Shown here piece after piece: positions 48,000 through 61,117 of a stretch of DNA of 64,000 nt. Made by a program: the position numbers and the translations under genes. This DNA comes from Pristiophorus japonicus (Eukaryota): the NCBI RefSeq assembly GCF_044704955.1, contig NC_091991.1:164672001-164736000 (forward strand), read 5' to 3'. The stretch's first letter is position 1. Each line of letters begins with the position of its first letter. The notes beneath the pieces were generated by a model. It was not told the DNA's origin and ran no database searches. It worked only from the letters and a program-made list of their open reading frames with translations.

Positions 48000-50205
48000 T
48001 TGGCTCATGACAGCACTCTCATCTCAGAGTCTGAAGACCGTAGATTCAAGCTCGACTATAATTTGAGCATGTATTCCAGGCTGACACTTTAGTGCTGTAC
48101 TGCAGAGCGCCGAGTCACCACAGGTGCTGTGTTTCAGATGAGACATCAAACCAAAGCTCCTTCTGCATTCTCAGGTTAACTTAGATGAACCCTACGCTCT
48201 TTTCGAAGAAGAGGGTTTCCCCCAGTGTCCTGGCCAGCAGACAGACCTCAGCCAATTCCACCACGCACGATATCTGGTCTGTGGATCTTTGCTGGGAGTA
48301 AATTTCCTACCGTATTTCCTTATAGAACAGCGACCGCACCAGAAGTATTCCATTGATTATAAAAAGCTCTTTGGGAGTTTTGAAGATGTGAAAGGTGCTA
48401 TACGATTGCAAGTTCTTTCTTTTGATTAATCATTTTTCTGGCAGGGTTTTACCTGGGTTGGGTAACCTCCTCTGACCTCTGACAATCCTGGTCTCCTTCA
48501 GTGAACAGGCAATCTCCTCATGCTTTGGCTAAAAAAAAACTTGCATTTGTATAGCACCTTTCACAACCACCGGATGTCCCAAAGCGTTTTACAGCCATTG
48601 AAGCACTTTGAGTGTAGTCACTGTTGTAATGCAGGGTACGAGACAGCCAATAAGCGCACAGCAAGCTCCCACAAACAGCAATGTGAATGATGAGATTTAA
48701 GTGATGTTGGTTGAGGGATAAATATTGGCCAGAACTCAGAGGATAATCCCCTGCTCTTCTTCAAAATAATGCGGTAGGATCTTTAACGTCCACCTAAAGC
48801 AGTTTGGTTTGACGTCTCATTTGAGAGACGGCACCTCCGGCACCTCCCTCAGCACTGCACTGGAGAGTCAGCCTGGATTTTTGAGTTCAAGTGTCTGGTG
48901 CGGGACTTGAACCCACAATATTCTGACTCAAACCACTGAGCCAGTGCGGTTCCTCTCCCTTTCCTTTTGGGTGGTCTATAGTCTGCTGGCCTTGCCTAGT
49001 TCCTTGAAAGGCGCTACTGTTGGCTCTTACTGTGTTACTTCAACTGTACACAGTGTACTGCTGAGTTTATCGGCTGTATTGCCTCTTTTGAAGAGCTGCA
49101 TTGCCTGCTCCTCTATTATCCGATTGGTGTTATGTATTTTTCTATCTGTTAATCTTAGAATATAAAGAAAAAATCAATAAACAATAAGAGAACAACTCTC
49201 ACTGCAATGTATCTCAGTATCCACCTGATGCCACTCGAAGCCGTGCTTCAGCTAGAGCCGTGACATTTAGCACAATCACTGTGCCTTTGCAGAAGTTATA
49301 CTTTTTTTTGGCAGCCATTGAAATAATAAGGAAATGACCTTTAAAGAGCACATCAATAGAAAATGATTAACACAGGCAGAGATGGCTCACTGGTACAGGC
49401 TGACTCAGCAGCTCACTGCCTTGCTGAGCAATATATTATCTGCCACACGGGAGAGACAAAAACTCAATTCAGTCTAAGCACTCCTCCACAAGGAGGGAAA
49501 ATCATCAATGCATTCAGCCCTCCTGCTATAAAGAGGCACTGCAGGCTGGTGCTTCAACACCCAGTGGCAGGGCTGTGTCCTTGAGTCCGTAATTCCCCGC
49601 TGTGAGTCCCTTGAGAGAGAAAGAAAACGAGAAAAAAAGCCTGGCATTTATATAGCACCTTTCACAACCACCGGATGTCCCAAAGCGCTTTACAGCCAAT
49701 TAAGTACTTTTGGAGTGTAGTCACTGTTGTAATGTGGGAAACGCGGCTGCCAATTTGCACACAGCAAGCTCCCACAAACAGCAATGTGATAATGATCCGA
49801 TAATCTGTTTTTGTGATGTTGATTGAGGGATAAATATTTTGCAAGACACCAGAGGATAACTCCCCTGGCTCTTCTTCGAAATAGTGCCATGGGATCTTTT
49901 ACGTCTACCCGAGAGGGCAGACAGGGCCTCGGTTTAATGTCTCATCCCAAAGATGGCACATCTGACAGTGCAGAACTGGAATGTCAGCCTAGATTTGCTG
50001 TGCGCAAATTGACAGCTGTGTTTCCTACATTACAACAGTGACTACACTTCAAGTCTCGGGAGTGGGACTTGAGGCCAAAATCTTCTGACTCAGAGGCGAC
50101 AATGCTACCCACTGAGCCCAGCTACTAAAGGGGTGGCTGGCCGGCTGTGTACTGAGGGGAGCTCCAGGCCCACGAGGCGAGACTGTTGCCCACTGAGCCA
50201 TGGCT
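48000..50205. mobile_element. DeuSINE cluster: diverged + copy 48000-48420, - copies 48538-48942 and 49640-50120
   Basis: Deu-domain and tail matches. Confidence 0.82.
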
Positions 50206-50342
50206 GAGGGAGAAGCTCGATTCTTCTCCAACGGGGAAATCAGAGAAAAGTGACCCCCAAGGCTGCTTCCGGTGGCTCCAGTTTATCCTGTAAATGGAAA
50301 GGCCGACGGAGAGAACAGAGGAGAAAATGGTGCTGTAATTAC

Positions 50343-50444
50343 CTGTAGGGAATATCTAAAGCCATTCTCGGTGTCCTTGATGCAGCCAATCAGTAAGGTG
50401 CTGAACGTTTCCACATTCATCTCATGACCACTGTGAACTATTTC
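50343..50444 (-). CDS. PTCD1: PTCD1 coding exon 4
   Basis: EIVHSGHEMNVETFSTLLIGCIKDTENGFRYSLQ; ttttcag/GTAAT; 102 nt. Confidence 0.93.
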
Positions 50445-50985
50445 CTGAAAAATAATCACAAGAGACAGCTCTGGTAAGAAAGGCAGCAGCACTGCACAAT
50501 CTGTTTAAAGATCCCCCCCACCGTCCCCCCAACCCACGCACCCCTGGATCATTTTTGCAAACCGCTATTAACCCCTCTTAACCTTCCCTATTCCAGTGAG
50601 AAAAGCCTCAATTTTGCAAGCCTTTCAAAATTATAACTTCTCTGATATCACTTTAGTGATATCTTCACTGTATCCCTTCTGTTGCTCCGATATCTAACCG
50701 CACACAATACTCCAATTGTCGTCTAATCAATGTCTTGTATAAATTCCACATTACTTCCCTGCAAACAACTTTCATTTATATAGCATCTTTAACGTAGATA
50801 AGCAACCGAAAGTACTTCAGAGGCGTAATATATATAAAAAAGATGGGAGCCAAAGAACGAGATATTAGGAGGGTTGATTAAAATCTTGATCAAAGTGGGT
50901 CAAAGGAAGTGAGGGAGGGCGAGAGATGGAGGGAGTTGGGGGCAGAATTCCAGAATGTAGGGTCTAGGTGGCTGAAGGCTCAGCC

Positions 50986-50989
<4 letters not shown>

Positions 50990-51036
<47 letters not shown>

Positions 51037-51051
51037 GCGGGGGGGGGGGGG
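50990..51051. repeat. (TG)n microsatellite fused to poly-G
   Basis: ~15 TG units followed by G runs. Confidence 0.95.
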
Positions 51052-51695
51052 AAGGAAGGAAGGCTGCACAACGCCATGGTGCAATGGTGGAAGGCATCTT
51101 CTGAAACACTCCAATAATCCTAACATACAACATCTACTGCATCCCCTTTATCTGTACTCTGTGATCTTATCAAAAAATTCAATTAAATCAGTCAAGCGCA
51201 ACCTGCTCTTTACAAATCCACACTGACTGCCCTGAAGTACTCAAACACAAACATGAATGGCATTTCAAGTGAATAGCAATGTTAGACTTGTTCTTATAAG
51301 GATCAGATAAGCACTTTGAGTATAATGCATTCCCCATCTGATTATTAGAACTGCTTTAGGACCCCGTCACTACATTCCAAAATTCATTCATTGTCTGAAT
51401 TGTTTTGAGACTGTGATTAGGTGCTATATGGATGCAAACATTTTTAAATTTCTTAATCACCCTTGTTGACAAAATCATAATTTTAATCGTCTTCCCCGCC
51501 TCCTCTTCAAGTCAGAGCCAGCCATGGGCTCCATCAGTGAGGGGCTCCATAGAGGCCAGTGGTAACTGACCTTCCTTGTCCTAGCCAGCGAGCAGACATA
51601 GACCAAGAACTCAGCGTGGAGTAATCGAGAGCATTTCACTCGGTACGGACGATAGCACACACACTCAGGTGCCAGCTTCCTGTGCAAGCACTTAC

Positions 51696-51914
51696 CCGGA
51701 GCACGTCGAAGCAGGCCTTTAGATCGGAGCAGACAGCGTATGCCTTCAGCATGGCGTGGTATGTGATCAGGTTAAACCGGATATGCTTGCTGCTCAATTC
51801 TTCGCGGAGCTTTGTGGCAAACTGCAGGCCAGACTCCTTCCACGGGGACTCTGCGCAAGCATTGAACAGAGCGGTGTAGGTGGCTTCAGAGGGAGTCACG
51901 GCTCGCTTCTTCAT
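51696..51914 (-). CDS. PTCD1: PTCD1 coding exon 3
   Basis: [25 protein letters not shown]...[25 protein letters not shown]; AG/GTAAG; 219 nt. Confidence 0.95.
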
Positions 51915-51964
51915 CTACGTAGAAAAATATTATTCATTCTAATTAAAATTCTATAAACAGCAGC

Positions 51965-52900
51965 TGCCATTTATATAGCGTCTTTAATGTAGTAAAATGT
52001 ACCAAGGTGCCTTACTGGAGTGCTTTCAGACAAAACTGACACCGAGCCACATAAGGGGACATTAAAACGGGTGATAAAAAGCTTGGTCAAAGAGGTAGGT
52101 TTTAAAGAGCAGCTTAAAGGAGGAGGAGAGGAGGAAAGATTTAAGGAGGGAATTCCAGAGCCTAGGGTCCAGACGGCTGAAGGCACGGCCGCCAATGGTG
52201 AATGCAATAAGCAGTGTGGTATAGACCCACATAAACCTCCCAAGCCTTATTCGATGTGCTTGGGATAACATGCTCACACAGAGAGCTGGCATCCGAGAGT
52301 ATCTAATGTCGGACTGGCTGTGCTGCGTAGGATGTTACAACTGGTCTGAGGCTCTTTAAAACTCATTCCCAGACTCTAGAACAGAGTAGCATAGGTGCGT
52401 GGCACGGGCACACTTCAAGTCTAAATCCATCTTTCCATATGTTCGCGTGTATCTCAGGTTGCTAACAGCAACAACTTGTATTTATATAAAAGACTTGCAT
52501 TTATATAGCGCCTTTCACGACCACCGGACGTCTCAAAGCGCTTTACAGACAATTAAGTACTTTTGGAGTGTAGTCACTGTTGTAATGTGGGAAAAGCACC
52601 TTTAACATAGTGAAATGTCCCAAGGTGTTTCACAGGAGTATTATGAGATAAAATATTTGACACCGAGCCGCATAAGGAGAAATTAGGTGATCAAAAGCAA
52701 ATACATAGGTTTTAAGGAGCATCTTGAAGGAGAAAAGAGGGGCAGAGAGGTTTAGGCAGGGACTTCCAGAGCTTGGGGCCCAGGTAGCTGAAGGCACGGC
52801 CGTCAATGGTTGAGCGATTATAATCAGGGATGCTCAAGAGGGCAGAATTAGAGGAGCGCAGACATTTCGGCAGGGCTGGAGGAGATTACAGAGATAGGAA
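51965..52900 (-). mobile_element. L2 3'-end fragments and SINE tail
   Basis: TIGGRAFSRLDPRLWNSL...FKLLFKTYLFDQAF, the L2 C-terminus. Confidence 0.75.
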
Positions 52901-53189
52901 TTATCCACCAATGAGGCAAAAGTGTTAACACCTCTTTCCAAACCACTCGGCCCACAGAATGCAACAGATCAAACCAGCAAATAAGAAACATACAAGTGTA
53001 AATCGGACTGAGTGACCTGGGCTTTGAAGGCTGTATTGCCCAGGCTCAGGGTTTGAATGTGGCTCGCAGTCCACAGTTTGAACAACCCTAGAACTAGAAT
53101 CAAGTTCCCTTCCCACACACCCACTTCATACAAAGAAAAGGATCCTGCGAATCTTTCACCAGAAGTACAGCGCAGTCTCCAGTACTCAC

Positions 53190-53330
53190 ATCGCTGTACA
53201 GTTTAAAGGCTTTCTTCAAGTAGCCCACTCGTCCACAGCCCCCTATCAGCACTGTGTAGTTGCACTCCTCTGGGACCAGCCGCTCTTCCTTCAACATTCG
53301 AGTCTCAAACATGTCCAGAGCCTCAGCTAA
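53190..53330 (-). CDS. PTCD1: PTCD1 coding exon 2
   Basis: [47 protein letters not shown] (PPR motif); AG/GTGAG boundaries; 141 nt. Confidence 0.95.
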
Positions 53331-53532
53331 CTAGAGTGGAGAAAGACACCGTGTGAAGAGTAGCAATGCAGGGAGTAATTGCTGGAACAGTCATGCAATG
53401 TACTGATCAAAAAAGGAGTTTAAGCATTTAATCCATCAGACCAGCACATGGCAGCCGTAGCAATAACAAAGTCCACTGGCTGAGGGCAATACCAATCAAA
53501 AAAGGCAATACTGTTAATGTGTAGCATATTGG

Positions 53533-53783
53533 TGTAATATATTTGCTTCATGGGTTCTTCGCTTAAGAATTCATAGCAACTCATTGCTATTAAGAACTAG
53601 TTGGTTTATTAGCAAAGGTTTAACAATCACACTACACATTACCAGTTCATCCACCAGGCTCACAACCGCCTGCCTCATCGTGGATCCCCTTGAACTAGCT
53701 GGGGTTTTATTGAGTCTTGTGAACATCACGTGACTGGCTAAGCCATTCCCAACAGCTCTACCAACCTGTGAGCATACATTACA
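53533..53783 (-). mobile_element. Solo LTR (~251 bp) inserted in an old CR1 fragment, PTCD1 intron
   Basis: Termini TGTAATATAT...ATACATTACA (imperfect inverted repeat); flanks ATTGG/CTTGG (TSD, 1 mismatch); AATAAA on -; downstream flank resembles CR1 (CVQFWSP). Confidence 0.75.
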
Positions 53784-54924
53784 CTTGGATTGATCCCCAT
53801 ACAGACAACTGTGTTCAGTTCTGGTCACCACACCACTGGGAGGATAACATTGCGCTTGAAAGGGTGTAGCATAGACCAACAAAGACGGTTCCAGGTCTTG
53901 GGAGTCTTACTTATAAGAAATATTACAGAAGTAGTATTTGCTCTTGTTGGAAACAAAATGCACTGAGATGATCAGAGAGAAGGTTTCCGTTACGAAGGGG
54001 ATTGATCGATTTGATCTGCATCAACTGTTCACGCTGTTACAAAGCAAAAGGAAATTAAGGCAAAACTATTCCACACAAAAGGATAATCGACTTTTGGAAC
54101 AAGTTGCTCGGGAAACCCAGTGAAACAAAGTACAAATAAATTTAAGAAACAACTGGATGTGTTTCTGGACAAAAAAAAAAGGATAAAGGGATGTAGTTGG
54201 GGGTTTGAGCTGCATCAAGACATTCCTGCTCCTAAAAGTTACACTCAGGTCATAAAACCCACTTCAGTACAAAGGCTCAAGTCTTGTTAATTATATTCAG
54301 GAGGTGGGTATTAACAGGAGTCTTCTTTGTGTTCCTCTATATGGGAGCAGGCTCGGGAAATGGGGAAGGCTGATGTTGGGGGTGCATATGATTAATGGTT
54401 TGTAAGTGACTGAAGACTAGGCTCCTAGTATTTTATCTTTCGCCACCTGGCTATCTGACTTTTACATATCTGGTTTTATTGAAGCACATTTTGGAGAAAT
54501 CACAACTTCTAGCCAAGGTGAGCTGGGCCAGCTGTACAGTGACCGACAGTCACAAGTCAGCCTAGGGATTCAGTGCATTGATTAGTTGGTCTGTACGGTG
54601 CTCTTGACTGCGACACACCACGTCCAAAAATAATTGATCTCCACCGCCCCACTAATCCACGACTTGCAATAACTGGTTCATCATCACGCCATACACCTGA
54701 CTGGAATCCATTCTATTTACACTATTGCTGGCATGTACTCAACAGAAATCAAAAATCTAAAAAATGTTTCAGTCATTGCAAACAGCCCCGGAAAAATCTA
54801 CTGGAGCTACCCTGTGATCTGATGTTGGCCATCAACCTGTGCACATCTCCTCTGGCAACAGCTCCCATACACATGCATTTGGGAGAATGCTTAAAGTCTT
54901 TAAGGAGAGCCAAGCTCCTGTTTG

Positions 54925-56710
54925 ATCATAGAATCATAGATATTTATAGCATGGAAGGGGGCCATTTCGGTCCATCGTGGCCATGCCAGCCAACAGAGCT
55001 AGCCAGCCTAATCTCACTTTCCAGCTCTTGGTCCGTAGCTATGTAGGTTACGGCACTTCAGCTGCACATCCAAGTACTTCTTAACTGTGATGAGGATTTC
55101 TGTCTCTACCACCCTTCCAGGCAGTGAGTTCCAGACCCCCACCACCCTCTGTGTTGAAGAAATTTCCCCTCAAAACCACCTTTCAATTATTTTAAATCTA
55201 TGCCCCCTGGTTGTTGGCCCCTCTGCTAAAAACATAAGAAATAGGAGCAGGAGTAGGCCATTTGGTCCCTCGAGCCTGCCCCGCCATTTAATACGATCAT
55301 GGCTGATCTGAACATGAACTCAGCTCCACTTCCCTGCCCGCTCCCCATAACCCTTTATTCCCCTATCGCTCAAAAATCTATCTCCGCCTTAAATATATTC
55401 AATGACCCAGCCTCCACAGCTCTCTGGGGCAGAGAATTCCACAGATTTACAATCCTCAGAGAAGAAATTCCTCCTCATCTCAGTTTTAAATGGGCCCCTT
55501 ATTCTGAGACTATGTCCCCTAGTTTTAGTTTCCCGTATGAGTGGAAATATCCTCTCTGCATCCACCTTGTCGAGCCCCCTCATTATCTTATATGTTTCGA
55601 TAAGATCACCTCTCATTCTTCTAAACTCCAATGAGTATAGGCACAACTTACTCAACTTATCTTCATAAGTCAACCCCCTCATCTCCGGAATCAACCTAGT
55701 GAACCTTCTCTGAACAGCCTCCAATGCAATTATATCCTTCCTTAAATACGCAGACCAAAACTGTATGCAGTACTCCAGGTGTGGCCTCAGCAACACCCTG
55801 TACAGTTGTAGCAGGACTTCTCTGCTTTTATAGTCTATCCCCCTTGCAATAAAGGCCAACATTCCAATTGTCTTCCGGATTACTTGCTGTACCTGCATAC
55901 TAACTTTTTGTGTTTCATGCACAAGGACCCCCAGGTCCCTCTGTACTGCAGCACTTTGCAATTTTTCTCCATTTAAACTATAATTTGCTTTTCTATTTTT
56001 TCTGCCAAAGTGGATAACCTCACATTTTCCCACATTATACTCCATCTGTCAAATTTTTGCCCACTCACTTAGCTTGTCTATATCCCTTTGCAGATTTTTT
56101 GTATCCTCCTCACAATTGGCTTTCCCACCCATCTTTGTATCATCAGCAAACTTGGCTACATTACACTCAGTCCCTTCATCCAAATCATGAATATAGATTG
56201 TAAATAGTTGAGGACCCAGCACCGATCCCTGCAGCACCCCACTAGTTACTGTTTGCCAACCGGAAGGGAAATTGGTCCATCCTATCCACTCTATCTAGGC
56301 CCCTTATAATTTTATACACCTCAATCAGCCTCCTCTGTTCCAAAGAAAACATCCTAACCAATCTTTCCTCATAGCTAATATTCTGCAGTCCAGGCAACAT
56401 CCTTGTAAATGTCCTCTGTACCCTCTCTAGTGCAATCACATCTTTCCTGTAATGTGGTGACCAGAACTGCACGCAATATTCTAGCTGTGGCCTAACTAGT
56501 GTTTTATACAGTTCATGCATAACCTCCCTGCTCTTGTATTCTATGCCTCGGCTAATAAAGGCAAACATTCCGTATGCCTTCTTAACCACCTTATCTACCT
56601 GGCCTGCTACCTTCATGGATCTGTGGGCATGCACTCCAAGATTCCTTTGTTCCTTTACACTTTTCAGTGTCCTACCATTTATTGTGTATTCCCTTGCCTT
56701 GTTAGTGGAG
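54925..56710 (-). mobile_element. CR1 fragment with nested younger CR1 (55230-56263)
   Basis: Two RT ORF sets (55389-56237; 56242-56715); host splits at CCCCTCTGCTAA|GGGAAATTGG. Confidence 0.9.
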
Positions 56711-56814
56711 TGCACTTCTCACATCTTCCTACCAGCGTTCTCAGATTATCTTTGTGTGACCTGCTGGAATGATCCCGAGCGGCTGGGCTGTGGGAAGGCG
56801 GAATTTTGGTTCCT

Positions 56815-57200
56815 TATAGAAACATAGAAAATAGGTGCAGGAGTAGGCCATTCGGCCCTTCGAGCCTGCACCACCATTCAATAAGATCATGGCTGATCAT
56901 TCCCTCAGTACCCCTTTCCTGCTTTCTCTCCATATCTCTTGATCCCCTTAGCCGTAAGGGCCATATCTAACTCCCTCTTGAATATATCCAATGAACTGGC
57001 ATCAACAACTCTCTGCGGTAGGGAATCCCACAGGTTAACAACTCTCTGTGAAGAAGTTTCTCCTCACCTCTGTCCTAATTGGCCTACCCCTTATCCTAAG
57101 ACTATGACCCCTGCTTCTGGACTTCCCCAACATCGGGAACATTCTACCCGCATCTAACCTGTCCCGTCCCGTCCCGTCAGGATCTTGTATGTTTCTAATG
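56815..57200 (-). mobile_element. CR1 3' fragment
   Basis: ATAGAAAC tail; GRMFPMLGKSRSRGHSLRIRG. Confidence 0.88.
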
Positions 57201-58850
57201 CCCTTTCTCTCTCCACAAATGCTGCCTGACCTGCTGAGTGTTTCCAGCATTTTCTCTTTTTTATTAATGCCCCATAACTTAACTGGCCAAATGGGTTTTA
57301 ATACACAATATTGTGTTGTATTGTTACAATAGACACAGTACATCTAAAGCTGTGCTGGGGCGAGTTCTAATTACTCCAAGCTTCCTTTTGTCCTATCTAC
57401 TGAAAGGTAGAAGAATGTTCCTGCATGTTTTGTGTTGGAATAGAGTGCCTTAGAGTGATTAAAGGACAGGGCTAGCTGGTTGTCACCATCGGTTACAGTA
57501 TAAGGTAGCACCCTACAGCTGCACAGGAACCTTCATCAGTTACAGTATTCTCGGGGAGCACCCTACAGCTGATATTTACTGGGTTACTCTGCGAGGAATG
57601 TTACAGATGGCGATACAGGAGTCAAAAGACTGCCGACATTTTGGGGGGAATATCGTTTGAAGTATATTTTCTTACACTAGAGTAAAAATATAGAAAATCT
57701 CAAGGCTTGAAGAGACCATCAGTCCAACTAGTCAGCCTTGCTGGTGTCCCCAGCATTTGTATCCTATAATGTGGTTCTCTTCAAGGCAAGTGTCCAATTT
57801 TTGTCCTGAAGAGATCCTAAGCTCTTTGCCCTTACAACCCCTCTCAGTAAGCGCTTCCAAAAACCATACTCTCAGTAAAGTAAGTCTTTCTTTAATCCTG
57901 CCCGAGTCTAGCTCTTCCCACTTTATACCCACTCCCTTGTTCTGCTGTCTCATACCAATTCAAAGAACCCTGATCGATCCTTTACGTCACAAAGTCTGAT
58001 TAGTTTGGAAACGTCAGTCATATTTCCCCCCCCCTCCTCCCACCTACCGTCTTCTCTCCAATGAGAAGATTCCCAATTTCTTGAGCCTATTCGCATACTT
58101 TCTATTCTCAAGTGCTCTCATTATGTTTGTACCTTTTCCATCACAGACAGCTCTGAACAGCTGCCCAAAGAACATCTATGTGCACCGGATGTTTAACTTT
58201 ATTCAGGCTAGTCAGATCGAGTTACATACGCATGTTACTGTACACAGTCTAGCTTCTGCACTTCCCACCAGCTCACCTCTCAGTCCCATTCACCTGCCCT
58301 TTCCCCATTCACCCCATCGCCCTTGTAACTGCTCTCTGAGCAAACACTACACAGTCCCATTACCGAGCCCTTTCCCACTGCCCTGGTGCCTTTCTCTGGA
58401 ACAGCTCACCACTCAGTCCCATTCTCCCTGCACTTTCCCCCATACCCCTTTACATTTTTCTTTTTCAAATATTCATCCACTTCCCTGTTGAAAGATATTT
58501 TAGATTCTGCCTCCTCCACTGATTCTGGCTGGGCATTCCATGTCCGAACAACTCTCTGTGCGTAAAATAAATTCTATCCTTCCTTCTTTGACGTCTTGTT
58601 GATGATCTTAAACTCCAGTTACTGTGGGAGGGGGAGGGTTGAATACATTCGGCAGGGCTCAATGTGGATCTGGGGAGAGAGGGGTGAAAGGGTAGATGCT
58701 GCTGGGCCTGTCCCATTCATTATTATGCTCACTCTGCTCTGTCTCTAACTGCTCCTGGAGTTTGCTTGGAACAAATTACTGACTCTAGCCTCTGGTGTTG
58801 CATCTTTACACTTTGTAAAACTGGGAAAGATGTTTAGCCAAAGTTCAGAC

Positions 58851-59366
58851 CTTATCACCCTTGATGAGTTTTTTGCACTGCAGGAAGTACCAGTAGGTAT
58901 TGTTCCTTCTGCTTGGTTTCCATCTCACTTCTGGACTTTGAACCTCCTCATCGTTCCGATCCTCGGGGTCACTACATCTCGAGTCCCGCAGCTCTGAAGA
59001 GCTTTTATAGAAAACTCTCCTGGCAGAGTAGATTTTGCCTCGTGCCCCAAATCCTTCTGAGCCCGCTTCCTCCCCGGACCAGACAGCCGACAGTTCCTGC
59101 CCCGGTGCAGCTTGGCTTGGTCTGGCCTGTGCATCGCTGCTCCGGGAGCTGTCCAGCACGCAGGATAAACTCGGCCATCCGCGGTGCAGGGACAGCAAGT
59201 TCCTCGGATGCCTCGCGCTTGTAGAGGGCACAGCTCTCACGGGACTGCTCCTCGCAAGAGCACTCAATCCCCTGAACAGCGACGGGTTTGGATACAGGGA
59301 AGAACAAAGTCTCAAGGAAATGTACGCCTGGTAATGCTGAAGGTGCAGAAATCCAAGCCAAGTCAT
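58851..59366 (-). CDS. PTCD1: PTCD1 first coding exon (mitochondrial pentatricopeptide repeat protein)
   Basis: MTWLGFLH... Arg/Ser-rich, acid-poor presequence; ends RRNNTYWYFLQCKKLIKGDK with donor AAG|GTCTG; acceptor at 59424/59421 after a poly-T tract; start codon inferred. Confidence 0.85.
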
Positions 59367-59777
59367 GGTTTGCAAAATCTTTCTGGCTTCAGTCAGTCTA
59401 GTATCTGCAGACTGGATATCTCTGCTAGGAGTTCCAAATGACAAGAAAAAAAAATCAGTATTATTGATACATTTTTATGCAAGATTAATAACATTTGTTT
59501 CGCTGTTTAAAGATTATATGCAATCGTAGATGCTGCGGGTGAGGGGGGAAATTAAGAGTCAAAGGCTCTAACACAATTCAAACTTTCTGATAACGCAGAC
59601 CACAGTAACAAAGATCAAGCAGGGCATGATGGGTCAAGGGAGCCATGAGATTGAATTAAAGCCGCTAGCTCATTTCTGGGCATTGGTTTATACATAAAGA
59701 AAGACTTGCATTTATATAGCGCCTTTCACGACCACCGGACGTCCAAAAGTGCTTTACAGCCAATGAAGTACTTTTGA

Positions 59778-60140
59778 ACTTCCATTGAGCTTCATCGGAA
59801 CAGTGCAGGAGGCCGAGGACGGAGAGATCAGAGTGAGAGTGGAGCAGAGAATTAAAGTGACAGGCGACTGGAAGCTCAGGGTCACGCTTGCAGACTGAAC
59901 GGAGGTGTTCAGCAAAGCGATCACCCAATCTGCATTTGGTCTTCCTAGTGTAGAAGAGACCGCATCGTGAGCAGCGAATACAGTATACAAAATTGAAAGA
60001 AGTACCTGTAAGTACTTCAGTGTTTCACCTGGAAGGAGTGTTTGGGGCCCTGGATGGTGGGAAGGAAGGGGGTAAAAGGACAGGTATTGCATCTCCTGCG
60101 CTTACATGGGAAGGTGGCATGGGAAGGGGAGGGGGAGGGT
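59778..60140 (-). mobile_element. Penelope-like element GIY-YIG endonuclease fragment
   Basis: CTSFNFVYCIRCSRCGLFY...LGDRFAEHLRSV...PVACHFNS, the PLE GIY-YIG domain. Confidence 0.8.
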
Positions 60141-60349
60141 GCTGGGGATAAGTGTAGTTTCTGGTCTTAGAACATCAGCCAGTGTCTGCAGAGAAAGACA
60201 TGATCAGTGCTTAGATAGAAGAACACAGAGTGCAGGATAAGATACCCACCAGACATTGCAGCAGCATCAACAAAGAGCATAAACATGGGTTAAAACATCC
60301 CAGAGGCTTGGGCTGCAAATTAAACAATCTCAACTGCCCATATGCCTTG

Positions 60350-60530
60350 TCCCCACGTGCTTCCGGTCCAGCTGGAGCCCCGCCCACAAATAGCGCGATT
60401 GGGGACTTTTTCAGAGAACCGCGTCCTGATTGGACAATTCTTTCGCTGGGCTCGGAACGCGATTGGTTAATGTTGCTGTCAATCACAAGGTCACCAAGGC
60501 CGCCGTGGCTAGTGCAATCGATTGTCGAGT
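60350..60530 (-). promoter_or_regulatory. Promoter-like module, probably for PTCD1
   Basis: Three ATTGG/CCAAT boxes at 60398, 60429, 60462; GC box CCCCGCCCAC at 60378; ETS CTTCCGG at 60360; E-box CACGTG at 60354; local CpG enrichment ~1 kb upstream of the first coding exon. Confidence 0.6.
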
Positions 60531-61117
60531 AATCGATCAAGACACATCTCCCAGGAGTCTGAAGTTTTAAAACTTATGAATGTATTCTTCACGAGTGCAT
60601 CATCACCCCTGGCAACCAAATGTTACTTTGATTCTTTAATGTTAAAAGTTTAATTTGGGGGCACTTGATTTATAGTTTCAACCAAAATAGTTATGTTCTT
60701 CCCGGTAAATGTAAAGAGCAACAGCACACAGATTGGAGTGTGTTAAAAGGCAAAATTGTACCGTGAATTCTAAGAGGAAAGCCCAGGCCTCATGCCCTGG
60801 AATTTCCTCCTTTAAGACCCTCTTTAAAACCTTCCTTTTTGGCCAAGCTTTTGATCACCCGTCCTAATATCCATTTTATGAAGAACTTTGGGATATTTTG
60901 TTTGTCAAAGACAATTAAATAAATACAATTTATTGTTAACTGGTTTATCAATGTTATATCAACGGCAACACATTTCCTCTTTCAAACACTAGTCTATTAT
61001 TGATGATGACACAGCTGCAGGATGGCTTATTTACATTTTCAGTTTTACTTGGCAAAAACAGATCTTATCCTGCCATATTCACACTTCTTTCTTCATCTTC
61101 CCAACAAAGTCTCAGCG

